Below, piece after piece: positions 30,831 through 41,220 of a DNA stretch of 64,000 nt; the first letter of the stretch is position 1, and each line of letters starts with the position of its first letter. The DNA is from an archaeon. Its GTDB lineage: Archaea > Asgardarchaeota > Heimdallarchaeia > Heimdallarchaeales > Kariarchaeaceae. Below the pieces are notes generated by a model. It was not told where the DNA came from. It saw only the letters and a program-made list of their open reading frames with translations, and made no database searches. The stretch is from positions 11,257-75,256 of the forward strand of contig JAJRQD010000026.1 of NCBI GenBank assembly GCA_024280435.1, read 5' to 3'. A program made the translations under genes and the position numbers.

Positions 30831-31400
30831 ATTTCATCTACATCAGGAAGAAAACTATACAAAGTAAGTCTCCTTGGCGATGGTGGTGTTGGAAAGACAT
30901 CACTAAGACATCGTTACCTGGGTCAAGGATTTAAAGCCAATTACATGGCAACTATTGGTGCAGACTTCGCTATAAAGAAATTAGGTGATAATATTATTCA
31001 GATATGGGATCTTGCAGGTCAAGAAAGATTCTCAGTTGTAAGAGAGGGATATTATATTGGTACAAAGGGTGCAATGCTTGTTTTTGATATCACCAGACCA
31101 GAGACATTTCGTTCCATTCCAAATTGGATACGAGAATTATTGAATAACCTCAGCCATGATGATATTATTCCCCTTGTGCTTATAGGAAACAAAGCAGATC
31201 TACGAGAGATGGATAGCCCTAATTATATTTCTAGAGAGCAGGGAATATCATATGCACAGGAATTAGCAGACTGGTCAGAATTTGATGTACCCTATGTTGA
31301 AACCTCAGCAAAGACTGGTTTAAATGTAGACCTGATATTCAATACACTTGTAAATAATATTGCTAAAAAACAGGGAAATTTTTTCTCAAATATTACTTAA
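30831..31400 (+). CDS. Rab/Ras-like small GTPase (start codon uncertain)
   Basis: In-frame upstream of the first ATG (30945) lie G1 (LLGDGGVGKTS) and switch I. Downstream are WDLAGQERF (G3), GNKADL (G4) and ETSAKTG (G5). No ATG/GTG/TTG occurs between the upstream stop (30825-30827) and 30945. The ATT at 30831 is taken provisionally as the start. Confidence 0.75.
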   Translation: MSSTSGRKLYKVSLLGDGGVGKTSLRHRYLGQGFKANYMATIGADFAIKKLGDNIIQIWDLAGQERFSVVREGYYIGTKGAMLVFDITRPETFRSIPNWIRELLNNLSHDDIIPLVLIGNKADLREMDSPNYISREQGISYAQELADWSEFDVPYVETSAKTGLNVDLIFNTLVNNIAKKQGNFFSNIT

Positions 31401-31410
31401 TTAACCAATT

Positions 31411-32130
31411 TTATCTGATATTTTCAATAAGATTATCAACAGATACACAGAGTAATTTACTATCCTCTACAATTTTGCTTGAACATTGGAATGCGAGTAT
31501 GGATACATCAGACACTATTGCCCTATCGAATATATCTGCAAATACAGGATCTATATCTCTACAGGCAGATATTGAACGGGCAGGTCTGTAAACCATAAAA
31601 ATAAGCATGCATTGACGAGACTCAGATAGTTCAATCAATGTCGATAGATGAGATTGTGCTCGTTTGGATACTGCATCTGGAAAACATGCCACATCATCAA
31701 CCACCCGGGTGGTAGATTTTACCTCAACTAGAGTTTCAACACCATTCTTCTCTATAAGATAGTCATATCTGTGCTTTCCCACAGTATATTCTTTTTTCAA
31801 TAAATTATATCCATTCAATCCTGGAAATTGTTTCTCCAGCATTTTCGGAATAAGTATAGTAACCAGATTACTATCCAACTGGATTATCTCACCATCAAAA
31901 TCTATTGCTACCAGTGTTGCAGCTGTTTTCCTGTTGGGATTATCAGATAATCGAATATACACCTTTTTTTTTGGATGAAGAAATTCAATCATTCTTCCAG
32001 GATTTGGTAGATGACAACGAAGAGATGAACCGTTATAATCCACAATAACAATAAACCTGTTCTCACGGCTCAGTAATGTAGCCATCTCCAATTTACCGGG
32101 TATTATGATTTCTAATTTCAAATGTACCAT
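31411..32130 (-). CDS. sfsA: SfsA-family DNA-binding protein
   Basis: LLSRENRFIVIVDYNGSSLRCHLPNPGRM matches the SfsA N-terminal signature; 239 aa. Confidence 0.8.
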   Translation of the reverse strand: MVHLKLEIIIPGKLEMATLLSRENRFIVIVDYNGSSLRCHLPNPGRMIEFLHPKKKVYIRLSDNPNRKTAATLVAIDFDGEIIQLDSNLVTILIPKMLEKQFPGLNGYNLLKKEYTVGKHRYDYLIEKNGVETLVEVKSTTRVVDDVACFPDAVSKRAQSHLSTLIELSESRQCMLIFMVYRPARSISACRDIDPVFADIFDRAIVSDVSILAFQCSSKIVEDSKLLCVSVDNLIENIR

Positions 32131-32198
32131 TATTATTTTGATAATATAACTATTCTACTATCCATGAGCAATTTTCTCACAAGTAATTTATTCAGATC

Positions 32199-33278
32199 TT
32201 ATTCTACGATATGTACCCATCCATGACGATCTTCAATTCTACCATACTGGATACCAGTTAATTCATCATAGAAACGCTGGGTTATTGGACCTGTCTCATT
32301 ATTGTTAAGGACATGAAGATGATCCTTGTACTTCAATTCACCCACAGGTGCAATTGATGCAGCTGTACCAATACCAAATATCTCGGTCAATGATCCAGAT
32401 TTGATTGATTCCTCAATGAAATCAATTGATAATGTTTCTTCCCGTACTTTGATACCCATATCATTACCTAACTGTATAACTGATTTTCGAGTGATACCAG
32501 GTAATATTGATCCTGTTAGCTTGGGTGTAACTACCTCATTATCAATAACAAATGCAATATTCATTGCACCAACTTCCTCGATGTATTTTTTCTCTTTTCC
32601 ATCGAGCCACAATACTTGTGAATAGCCCTCTTTCTTGGCATTAACAGCTGCTAATAGAGATCCAGCATAGTTGCCACCTGCTTTTGCCTGTCCAGTACCA
32701 CCAAGAACTGCTCTCACAAACTCATCCTCAACTTTAATCCTTGTTGGCTTGAATCCCTCTGAGAAATAACTACCTGATGGACTAAGTATTACAAAGTAAT
32801 AGTATTCACCTGCTGGATGTACACCCAATGCACCTTCCGTGGCAATCATCGTGGGTCTGACATACAGACTAGTACCCTTTTTTCTAGGTACCCAGTCCCG
32901 TTCCAAATTAACAAGGGTATTCAGTGTATCCACAAAATAACCCTCCTCAAGTGTTGGCATGACCATTCTCTCAGCAGAGCGATTCATTCTTTTGGCGTTT
33001 TCATCAGGTCTAAAAATAGCGATATTACCATTTTCCTGTCTGAATGCCTTCAAACCCTCAAATATTTCTTGACCATAATGAAACACCATTGCAGATGGGG
33101 GAAGAGAGAAATTCGAATATTTCTGTATTCTACCCACTTGCCATTGATTATCCTTGTACTCCCTTAGGAGCATTCTATCGGAGAATTGTTGGCCGAATCC
33201 TAGTGATTCGTCAGATGGCTTTGTCTTGAAATCTTTGATTTCGTCAATTACTAGATTTATAGAAGATGTAACTGCCAT
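32199..33278 (-). CDS. ilvE: Branched-chain amino acid aminotransferase (fold type IV)
   Basis: 359 aa; FEGLKAF, LYVRP, GTGQAKAGGNYAGSLLA and GIGTAA motifs. Confidence 0.85.
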   Translation of the reverse strand: MAVTSSINLVIDEIKDFKTKPSDESLGFGQQFSDRMLLREYKDNQWQVGRIQKYSNFSLPPSAMVFHYGQEIFEGLKAFRQENGNIAIFRPDENAKRMNRSAERMVMPTLEEGYFVDTLNTLVNLERDWVPRKKGTSLYVRPTMIATEGALGVHPAGEYYYFVILSPSGSYFSEGFKPTRIKVEDEFVRAVLGGTGQAKAGGNYAGSLLAAVNAKKEGYSQVLWLDGKEKKYIEEVGAMNIAFVIDNEVVTPKLTGSILPGITRKSVIQLGNDMGIKVREETLSIDFIEESIKSGSLTEIFGIGTAASIAPVGELKYKDHLHVLNNNETGPITQRFYDELTGIQYGRIEDRHGWVHIVE

Positions 33279-33582
33279 GAATCAAATCTTGACAGTTTTT
33301 ATAATAGGTTTTGTTTTTGGATAGAAAAAATTGCACATGAAAATATATTAATTTATTACAGCATATAATTATGATTTGGATGTATTCAACAAGTATTGGC
33401 AATAATAAATAAAATTGTGAGATATAAATTCTACCATTGTAAAATAAATACAGATCCTAGTTATTTACTAAATATTTTGGATTAATTATTTCTAAGAATA
33501 TTCCTTAGATATGTGCTACAGATAATAAGATTAAATAGAAATAAACCGAGCAAAAAAATTAACAGAATTTATACTGGGTGCG

Positions 33583-34608
33583 TTGACTATAAAGAACAAA
33601 CTTGAACAATTATACATCTTACAGACCAATATAACACAGAAATTGGGAGATGAGATGGAATTATTTTTGGATGAAATAGAAGATCCAGATATAAAGGAGA
33701 TACTCAGCTATTATTTTGATCTTGGTGGTAAGCGAATGAGACCAACTCTATTCTATGCCATCTCAAAAGCATTTGGATCCGAGGAGAATTTGAACCCCTT
33801 CTCATTGATTCTAGAATTGATCCATAATATGAGCCTTTACCATGATGATGTGCTTGATAATGCAGAGGAGAGACGAGGAGCACCCACAGTGCATAAAAAA
33901 TGGGATGACGCCACTGCAATTGTAGGTGGTGATATTTTTCATGGAATGATACACAAGTATCTCATTGATGCAATTATAAATAACAGAGTTAAATCCAAAG
34001 ATAAATCATTGAAATTTATCTCTGATCTCATAAATGATGTGGAACTCACCATTGGAAGTGCGGTATTAACAGAGATGAAACTTGCAAAAACAAATAAAAT
34101 GCCCTCTCTTGAATTATCACTAAAAGTAGCCTCGGATAAAACAGCACCTCTATTTGCATTCTCAGCATCAGCTGCTGCATCACTTGCCAATATTGATCAG
34201 GAAATTTGTGATAAACTGTATATTATGGGTACCAAAATGGGATTTGCCTTTCAACTACTTGATGATCTTGGAGATTATTTTCCATCAAACAAAGGACTGG
34301 GTAATGATCTCAGAGAGGGAAGAAAAACTCCTTTTATTGTACTCTGTCATCAGAAGGATAACAAGACAGTGGAAAAGTACCTAGCAATTGGTAAGGAGTT
34401 GGAAACATCTGAAATATTAGAATTCAGAAACATATTCAAGGAGCAGTTTTTAGAAGTGAATAATTGGATAAGTACCTCATTGAAAATAGCTGAGGAATTG
34501 TTGATAGTCATACCAGAAAATGAATACAAAGATAATGTAAAAGTGATTATAGAGATGCTTTTCATCAAAAATGAAGAGTTTAAGACACTACTCAATAATA
34601 GAGAATAA
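33583..34608 (+). CDS. Polyprenyl (geranylgeranyl) diphosphate synthase
   Basis: First Asp-rich motif LYHDDVLD and second Asp-rich motif FQLLDDLGD. Confidence 0.85.
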   Translation: MTIKNKLEQLYILQTNITQKLGDEMELFLDEIEDPDIKEILSYYFDLGGKRMRPTLFYAISKAFGSEENLNPFSLILELIHNMSLYHDDVLDNAEERRGAPTVHKKWDDATAIVGGDIFHGMIHKYLIDAIINNRVKSKDKSLKFISDLINDVELTIGSAVLTEMKLAKTNKMPSLELSLKVASDKTAPLFAFSASAAASLANIDQEICDKLYIMGTKMGFAFQLLDDLGDYFPSNKGLGNDLREGRKTPFIVLCHQKDNKTVEKYLAIGKELETSEILEFRNIFKEQFLEVNNWISTSLKIAEELLIVIPENEYKDNVKVIIEMLFIKNEEFKTLLNNRE

Positions 34609-34941
34609 TTCCTCAAGATCAAATGGTTTATTCAGAAATTTAGATACACCCATTCTTAAAAATTTATTCTTATCAATCATAGGTCCATCACCAGTGGATA
34701 ATATCACAGGTATATCTGGATAGAGCTTGTTTATTCGTTTCAATGTCTCCGTACCAGAAAGACCGTCAGGCATATTAAGATCAAGAATTATATGAGAAAC
34801 CTCATTCTTAGCAAGTATATCAAGAGCCTGTTGACCTCCGCCCGCACTGAAAGTCAGATATTTCCTAGTAGCCAGCATCCTTTTTATCAATTTCAAAATC
34901 ATGGGATCATCATCCACAATTAGAATTCTATGGTCAGACAT
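34588..34941 (-). CDS. CheY-like response-regulator receiver domain protein
   Basis: ILIVDDD...ILDLNMPDGLSG...KPF receiver motifs; single domain. Confidence 0.8.
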   Translation of the reverse strand: MSDHRILIVDDDPMILKLIKRMLATRKYLTFSAGGGQQALDILAKNEVSHIILDLNMPDGLSGTETLKRINKLYPDIPVILSTGDGPMIDKNKFLRMGVSKFLNKPFDLEELFSIIE

Positions 34942-34990
34942 CAGAAACTATAATAATGTTCACTAATTTAATTCTTTCTCATTACAATCA

Positions 34991-35632
34991 TTAAATAATC
35001 AAATTTGAGAGAGAATAACCTATATGTGAACCTTTGTATTCTTTATTCAACTGAATTGCCATAGCTACCATGCGTTCAATAGTATGTGCATGAAACTTAC
35101 CTCTCACCCTAACTGGCTGAAGTCCAATATCTCGTGATAGTTTACTTGCAATCGCTAATGCCGCTTCATCAGTTGAGATCTGAAAATCCACCTCATTCAG
35201 AGCTGCATCAGAATCCAGGATATGTGAGGATATGGTCTTCATACATGCAACTACATTACCAGGAAGGTAATCTCTCAGAAATTCATAGCTTGACAAATTA
35301 TTCTCTTTTGCAACTTTGAAAAATTTACCCGGTATCAGATTAACAGTCAGATCAAGAATTATCTTGTTCTCCATATGATCCAACAGAGGATCAAGTAAGT
35401 TGGTGATACCCTTGAATGGAACCGCAAGCACAATCACATCAGCATTACATGCATCCAGATTATCACCACCAGCAATAGTATCCACTTGTATAGTTTTATT
35501 CAGTTTATCAGCCATTTCCGCGCCTTTAACAGCAGATCTAGATCCTATGAATATATGATGTCCTGCCATTGCAAATCGTTTTGCAAGTGCACTGCCTTGC
35601 TTTCCAGTACCTCCTAGTATACCGATTATCAT
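34991..35632 (-). CDS. NADPH-dependent F420 reductase-like (NpdG/Fno family) Rossmann oxidoreductase
   Basis: N-terminal IGILGGTGKQGSALAKRFAMAGHHIFIGSR dinucleotide-binding motif; about 213 aa. Confidence 0.7.
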   Translation of the reverse strand: MIIGILGGTGKQGSALAKRFAMAGHHIFIGSRSAVKGAEMADKLNKTIQVDTIAGGDNLDACNADVIVLAVPFKGITNLLDPLLDHMENKIILDLTVNLIPGKFFKVAKENNLSSYEFLRDYLPGNVVACMKTISSHILDSDAALNEVDFQISTDEAALAIASKLSRDIGLQPVRVRGKFHAHTIERMVAMAIQLNKEYKGSHIGYSLSNLII

Positions 35633-35665
35633 ATATCTTGATTAGAGTCCCATATATTTGAAGAT

Positions 35666-36337
35666 TCACAAGAGGTACTTGACTGGAAAGTATTTTCTCA
35701 GAAGTATTGGAACTTTGGAATGTGTAAGCTCTTCTTCAAAATCAATCTCATCATCTTCCAGCCAACCATCATTGAACCATACATTTTTGTCTGGAAAAAT
35801 AATATTCAGGCTATGTTTCAACTCTGCAAGTACGGCAATATCCATTGTTTCAAAGATCACATCTCCGGGATAATTCTCATCGACGATTATTGCCAACTGA
35901 AATATACCATTCTCATCTGATACTACTTTGAATCCAATAGCCTGGTTGAATCTTATCTCATCTTCTAAAAATTCAGATTGTGAGCCATCGATCCATGTTA
36001 GTGTTCTAAAAGTCCGGACTTTATTATTATCATCAAAAGTTATCACAAAACCCATCAAATCCTCAGTCAATTCTGATCTGAACTTTTTTCTATAGAAGTA
36101 AAGTGGAATTAATATTAAATAGAAAATCATGAGAAAATACTGATCAAGCAATATAACAAAATACAGAGAAAATAAAATAGACAATATACTGAGTTTTAGA
36201 GCCTTATTTGTAATTTGATACATTTTGAAGAGTGTTGACCGGGAATTATTCCGCATATAATCTGTGAATTCAAGTTCTTTATTCCGGGTTTCATTTACAA
36301 TTAGCAATATTATCACAATATACCATACATATATCAA
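35666..36337 (-). CDS. Membrane protein, hypothetical
   Basis: Three N-terminal TM helices plus a soluble C-terminal domain. Confidence 0.4.
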   Translation of the reverse strand: MIYVWYIVIILLIVNETRNKELEFTDYMRNNSRSTLFKMYQITNKALKLSILSILFSLYFVILLDQYFLMIFYLILIPLYFYRKKFRSELTEDLMGFVITFDDNNKVRTFRTLTWIDGSQSEFLEDEIRFNQAIGFKVVSDENGIFQLAIIVDENYPGDVIFETMDIAVLAELKHSLNIIFPDKNVWFNDGWLEDDEIDFEEELTHSKVPILLRKYFPVKYLL

Positions 36338-36408
36338 ATGTTACAATATATACAGAGGAAATTGTATAATTTTTAATATGAATATATATTTATAAAAATT
36401 GAATAACT

Positions 36409-36969
36409 TTGAATAAAATACAATGTCTAGAATGTGAGTATGAGAACCCAGATTATGCAAATTTTTGTGTAAACTGTGGAAATAATATTTCCGGGACCAA
36501 AGCTAGATTTATGCGACTTCAGAAGAGATTAACACACAAATCAAAAGATTGGATACAAGATATTAGAAATTCCATTGATAATCGCATAAATGGTATGCTA
36601 TATCAAATGGATACTAATCAGCAATTCAAGATTGGAGGCATAAACATTCCAGATAACAGAAAGAATACCATCAGAAATGCGCTCAACTCATTTCAGAGCA
36701 AGTATGGTACTGAAGAAGAGGTAAGTGAGGATTTCAAAATATGGATGGACAATCTAGAGGATATGCTTGAGGAACAGAAGTGTATAGTCTGCTATTCCAA
36801 CTGGAAGAAGAATGATGACATTGTAGTTTGTAAACATTGCAGATCAGGAGGACATAAAGAGCATCTATTCAGCTGGGTAATGAATAATAACAACTGTCCA
36901 CTTTGCAGACAAAATTTAACATCAACAGGTCTGATTAAAATAGAATTTAAGGAAAAAATAAACAATTAA
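36409..36969 (+). CDS. Zinc-ribbon plus RING-H2-like finger protein
   Basis: N-terminal C-x2-C...C-x2-C (CLECEYENPDYANFCVNCG). C-terminal CIVC-x11-CKH-x5-H-x2-H-LFSW-x6-CPLC aligns with the RING-H2 cross-brace (C-x-H...H..C...W...CPxC). Confidence 0.55.
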   Translation: MNKIQCLECEYENPDYANFCVNCGNNISGTKARFMRLQKRLTHKSKDWIQDIRNSIDNRINGMLYQMDTNQQFKIGGINIPDNRKNTIRNALNSFQSKYGTEEEVSEDFKIWMDNLEDMLEEQKCIVCYSNWKKNDDIVVCKHCRSGGHKEHLFSWVMNNNNCPLCRQNLTSTGLIKIEFKEKINN

Positions 36970-37030
36970 ATAACAATTGATAATCTAGTATTGCAAAGAT
37001 ATATTACAATATATACACTTATGAGATTAT

Positions 37031-37651
37031 ATGAGCAATATTAGTAAATTCAAACCGGTTTTGATACTGATTATTATAATTCTCCCAATTGCCCTGATAA
37101 CATATGATTATAAGGTAACAGATATTGCAGTGACAAATCCAGATTTCAATGATACTGCGACAATTGATATAAATAATAGATATGAGGAGCATATTTTTGA
37201 ATTACCTATTTTCACAAGAATATATCTGACCATTAGTAACTTACCAGCAAACAGGGAGATTGTGGTATATTTGATGGATGTAATTGCATATGATGGATAT
37301 ATTGAGGATGGAGTACCATTTGGTCAGTATACAGAGAATGTATTGAATAATAGCACTGAGAATCTGATTGAAGTGGTATTTGATCCCCAGATTGACCTTT
37401 ATCTCGTCATAACTACAAACTCAGCAGATACATTGAATCTTGGAATACAGATGGATTTTCTGTACTCATCCTATTATGAAAGAGAGGGACTTGGAATAAT
37501 TCTATATGTTATGCTATATATACTATTCTTCAACATATTACAGTACTTGATCTCGGATTATCACAAAAAGAAGGCTGTAAAATCACATATTAAGAAAAGA
37601 ATTAAAGAAGAAGATGATTTTTTTGATAGAGCATTTGGAAAACTAGATTAG
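37031..37651 (+). CDS. Membrane-anchored hypothetical protein
   Basis: N- and C-terminal TM segments flanking an extracytoplasmic domain. Confidence 0.4.
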   Translation: MSNISKFKPVLILIIIILPIALITYDYKVTDIAVTNPDFNDTATIDINNRYEEHIFELPIFTRIYLTISNLPANREIVVYLMDVIAYDGYIEDGVPFGQYTENVLNNSTENLIEVVFDPQIDLYLVITTNSADTLNLGIQMDFLYSSYYEREGLGIILYVMLYILFFNILQYLISDYHKKKAVKSHIKKRIKEEDDFFDRAFGKLD

Positions 37652-37663
37652 TTTATTTTCAGA

Positions 37664-40231
37664 TTACTCAATAATTACATGATCATTATCGAGATTTAGT
37701 CTGATCTCATTCTTATCAGTACCAGATAGCAGATAATTTGCCAATTCATTACTGATATATTTCTGTATCGCCCTTTTTAATGGTCTTGCACCAAACGCGG
37801 GATCATACCCTTTTTCAGCAAGAAATTCCTTGACCTCATCAGGTATTATCAGAGTGATATCCTGATCTGCAAGTCTATTATTTAACCTCTGTAGCTGTAT
37901 CTCAACAATACCCTTCATATCATCACGGGATAATGTTCTGAATATCACCAGCTCATCAAATCTATTGATAAATTCGGGTAGAAAATACATCTTCAATTCT
38001 TCAAAGACAGCCTTCTCGATCTCATCCATTAATTTGCCCTCACGGTTTAGCTCAAATATTTTGGCACTACCAACATTGCTGGTGGCAATTATCACAGTAT
38101 TGGTGAAATCAACAACTCTACCCTTGGCATCTGTGAGACGCCCATCATCTAGTATCTGCAAGAACATGTTGAATACATTTGGATGAGCTTTCTCCATCTC
38201 ATCAAGTAGTATGACAGAGTATGGCTTTCTTCTGACCTGTTCTGTTAGTTGGCCACCCTCATCATATCCAACATATCCCGGTGGGGAACCGATCAGTTTT
38301 GCCACAGAATGTGCTTCCTTGTACTCAGACATATCAATGCGAATTAGCATATTCTCATCATCAAATAGAAATTCAGCCAGTGACTTTGCCAGTTCAGTCT
38401 TTCCTACACCGGTAGAACCCATGAACAGGAATGAACCCAGTGGTCTATCAGTTGCGGTGATACCAGCTCTTGCACGTCTGATTGTCTGTGCTAATTTCTC
38501 CACAGCAACTTCCTGTCCGATCACTCTTTTGGTGAGTATCTGTTCCATATTCAGAAGTTTATCCTTCTCCTCCTGTACTATCTTGCTAGCTGGGATTCCA
38601 GTCCACAGAGCAATTATATTAGCAATATCAATCTCACCAATCTCCTCCCTTAACAAATTATCCGCACCCTCAGACAGTTTATCTTTTTCAGACTGAAGTT
38701 TTGCATTCAGATCGGGGAGTAAGCCATACTGTATACGTGCCATCTCATCAAGGTTACCAGATCTCTGAGCCTGTTCCATCATTATCTTGGTCTCCTCGAT
38801 TGCGGATTTGTACTTGCTGATATTATCAATTATATCTTTCTCCTGTTCCCATCTGACTTTTATGGCAGCTAGTTCAGTGGATAGTTGCTCAATCTGTTCC
38901 TCGATAGCTTTGACTCTATTCTTAGATACGGCATCGGTCTCTCTTCGTATACTATATTTCTCCATCTCAAGTTGTCGTATTTTCCTATCAAGTTCATCAA
39001 TCTCAGTGGGTACAGACTGTATCTCCATTGATAGAGCTGCTGCTGCCTCATCTAATAGATCTATCGCCTTATCAGGGAGGAACCTATCAGATATATATCT
39101 TGATGATAACACAGCAGCTGCAACTATTGCCTCATCATGTATACGAATGCCATGATGCACCTCATATTTCTCTTTAAGACCCCTGAGAATAGATATGGTA
39201 TCAGTCACGCTTGGTTCATCCACCATTATTTTCTGGAAACGTCTCTCCAGAGCACTATCTTTCTCGATATATTTTTTATACTCATCAAAGGTTGTTGCAC
39301 CGATGGCATGGAGAGAACCACGTGCAAGTGCAGGTTTCAGCAGGTTAGACGCATCCATTGCACCTTGTGTGGCACCAGCACCGACAAGTAGATGTATCTC
39401 ATCAAGGAAAAGAATTATCTGTCCCTCTGCCTCTTCTATCTCTTTGACAACAGCTTTCAATCTCTCCTCAAATTCACCCCTGAATTTTGCACCTGCAACC
39501 AGTGCACCCATATCAAGGGCCATGACAGTTTTATTTTTCAGTGATTCGGGTACATCCTGATTGACTATTCTCTGTGCAAGTCCCTCTACAATTGCTGTTT
39601 TTCCAGTACCAGGCTCACCTAGTAATATTGGATTATTTTTTGTTCTTCGGGATAGTATGTGTATCACACGTCTGATCTCTGCATCTCTGCCAATGACCGG
39701 ATCGAGCTTTCCCTTCATTGCCAGTTCTGAGAAATTGATAGCATATTGTTCGAGTGATTGGAATGAGTTCTCTGCATCCTGGTTATTTATTGCATTAGAT
39801 CCTCTAATTTCATCCAATGCCATCTCAATTGTTTTTTTAGAAATATTCTGATGACTTATTAGTTTCTGAAATGGTTTAGATTTGGCCAGCATTCCTTTGA
39901 TGATAGTATCAATTGATACATACTCATCATTGCTTGCAATCATTATTTTCTCGGCTTGATTAAGAGCAGAGTTCAGATCAGATGAGAGAGATGGAGAGCC
40001 TCCGGATACTTTTGGAAATTTATTGTATTCCTCTTCTATCTGATTTTTGAATAGTTGTATATTGGCACCTGCTTTCTGCAGAACTGATTGTAAAATACTC
40101 TGATCCTGTTCTAGAAGTATTTTAATCAGATGGATAGCAGATATTTCGGGGTGTTCGTTCATATCAGCCAGTGATTGTGCGTCTTGAATGGCTTCTTGAG
40201 CCTTGTATGTATATTTTCGTATATTTACCAT
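37664..40231 (-). CDS. clpB: ClpB (Hsp100) disaggregase
   Basis: 855 aa; two AAA+ modules (GEPGTGKT and GSTGVGKTE Walker A motifs) with a coiled-coil middle domain. Confidence 0.9.
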   Translation of the reverse strand: MVNIRKYTYKAQEAIQDAQSLADMNEHPEISAIHLIKILLEQDQSILQSVLQKAGANIQLFKNQIEEEYNKFPKVSGGSPSLSSDLNSALNQAEKIMIASNDEYVSIDTIIKGMLAKSKPFQKLISHQNISKKTIEMALDEIRGSNAINNQDAENSFQSLEQYAINFSELAMKGKLDPVIGRDAEIRRVIHILSRRTKNNPILLGEPGTGKTAIVEGLAQRIVNQDVPESLKNKTVMALDMGALVAGAKFRGEFEERLKAVVKEIEEAEGQIILFLDEIHLLVGAGATQGAMDASNLLKPALARGSLHAIGATTFDEYKKYIEKDSALERRFQKIMVDEPSVTDTISILRGLKEKYEVHHGIRIHDEAIVAAAVLSSRYISDRFLPDKAIDLLDEAAAALSMEIQSVPTEIDELDRKIRQLEMEKYSIRRETDAVSKNRVKAIEEQIEQLSTELAAIKVRWEQEKDIIDNISKYKSAIEETKIMMEQAQRSGNLDEMARIQYGLLPDLNAKLQSEKDKLSEGADNLLREEIGEIDIANIIALWTGIPASKIVQEEKDKLLNMEQILTKRVIGQEVAVEKLAQTIRRARAGITATDRPLGSFLFMGSTGVGKTELAKSLAEFLFDDENMLIRIDMSEYKEAHSVAKLIGSPPGYVGYDEGGQLTEQVRRKPYSVILLDEMEKAHPNVFNMFLQILDDGRLTDAKGRVVDFTNTVIIATSNVGSAKIFELNREGKLMDEIEKAVFEELKMYFLPEFINRFDELVIFRTLSRDDMKGIVEIQLQRLNNRLADQDITLIIPDEVKEFLAEKGYDPAFGARPLKRAIQKYISNELANYLLSGTDKNEIRLNLDNDHVIIE

Positions 40232-40467
40232 ATTTGCAACCTCGCTATTATAACATTAGTATTGTACTTAAAGTATAGTTGTAATTCATGATATATAAAT
40301 TTTCCCAAAACACTACGGAAAAATCGCAATTCATTGAATAAGCACCCACAACACCACAATAAAATCAACATAACAATAAACCTCTGAAAATTACACTATA
40401 AAATTTAAGAAAAAATAAATAGACCATAGAATATCATTAATACACACAGAATAAAAAATAACAACTG

Positions 40468-41205
40468 ATGAAGTACTATAATCTGAATACATTTCTAAAG
40501 AATAGAATAACGATTATACTGCTAAATGGAAGTGCAATGCAACATTTTAACAGGATTAACCCACTCGTCAGATATCTGCTGAGATACAACTGCAACCTGA
40601 TATCAATGGAATTACCAGGCCATGGCACCTCTAATTTTGATAAGATAATAAAAACCAATGAATTCCTAGAACAATTCAACTCGGATATCACACAGTTAAT
40701 CAATGAAATAGCTGATTTTGCAATAATTGCATTCTCCCTTGGAGGCCTCTCCACACTGAAAATAATGGAACAAAAATTAATCAATCCAAAATTCACCATA
40801 CTAATAGGCACTGGGTTCAGCATGAATGAGATCACCCAGCAAAAAATCAATACCTTCACCACAACTGAATTTTTCGAGAGAATGGGATGGTGTGATGCAA
40901 TGAAAAAATTCCATGCAGATGGATGGCAGTATCTACTACCATCTTTAGCCGAGATACTAGATGGAGAGAAAGGAATACTATCAAAAGCAGATAAAATAGA
41001 GAATGAGAATATATTTATAATACTAGGTGATGATGATCAGGCATTTCCTGCCAATGATCAGTTCCAATTATTACCATATGAGAACTTCCATAAATACAAA
41101 ATCAATAACTGCACACATTTTGATTATTTCACCAAATCATGGCCTCAGTTAAAAAATATATTAGAAATAATACTAAAAGATAATATTGAATCAACTGATA
41201 ATTAA
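40468..41205 (+). CDS. Alpha/beta-hydrolase fold protein
   Basis: HG oxyanion motif (ELPGHG) and nucleophile elbow AFSLGG. Confidence 0.55.
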   Translation: MKYYNLNTFLKNRITIILLNGSAMQHFNRINPLVRYLLRYNCNLISMELPGHGTSNFDKIIKTNEFLEQFNSDITQLINEIADFAIIAFSLGGLSTLKIMEQKLINPKFTILIGTGFSMNEITQQKINTFTTTEFFERMGWCDAMKKFHADGWQYLLPSLAEILDGEKGILSKADKIENENIFIILGDDDQAFPANDQFQLLPYENFHKYKINNCTHFDYFTKSWPQLKNILEIILKDNIESTDN

Positions 41206-41220
41206 GATATTAAGTATTTC

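Noticed and set aside
38211-39851. Plus-strand ORFs inside clpB
   Set aside because: They lie in antisense frames of a complete 855-aa ClpB gene.
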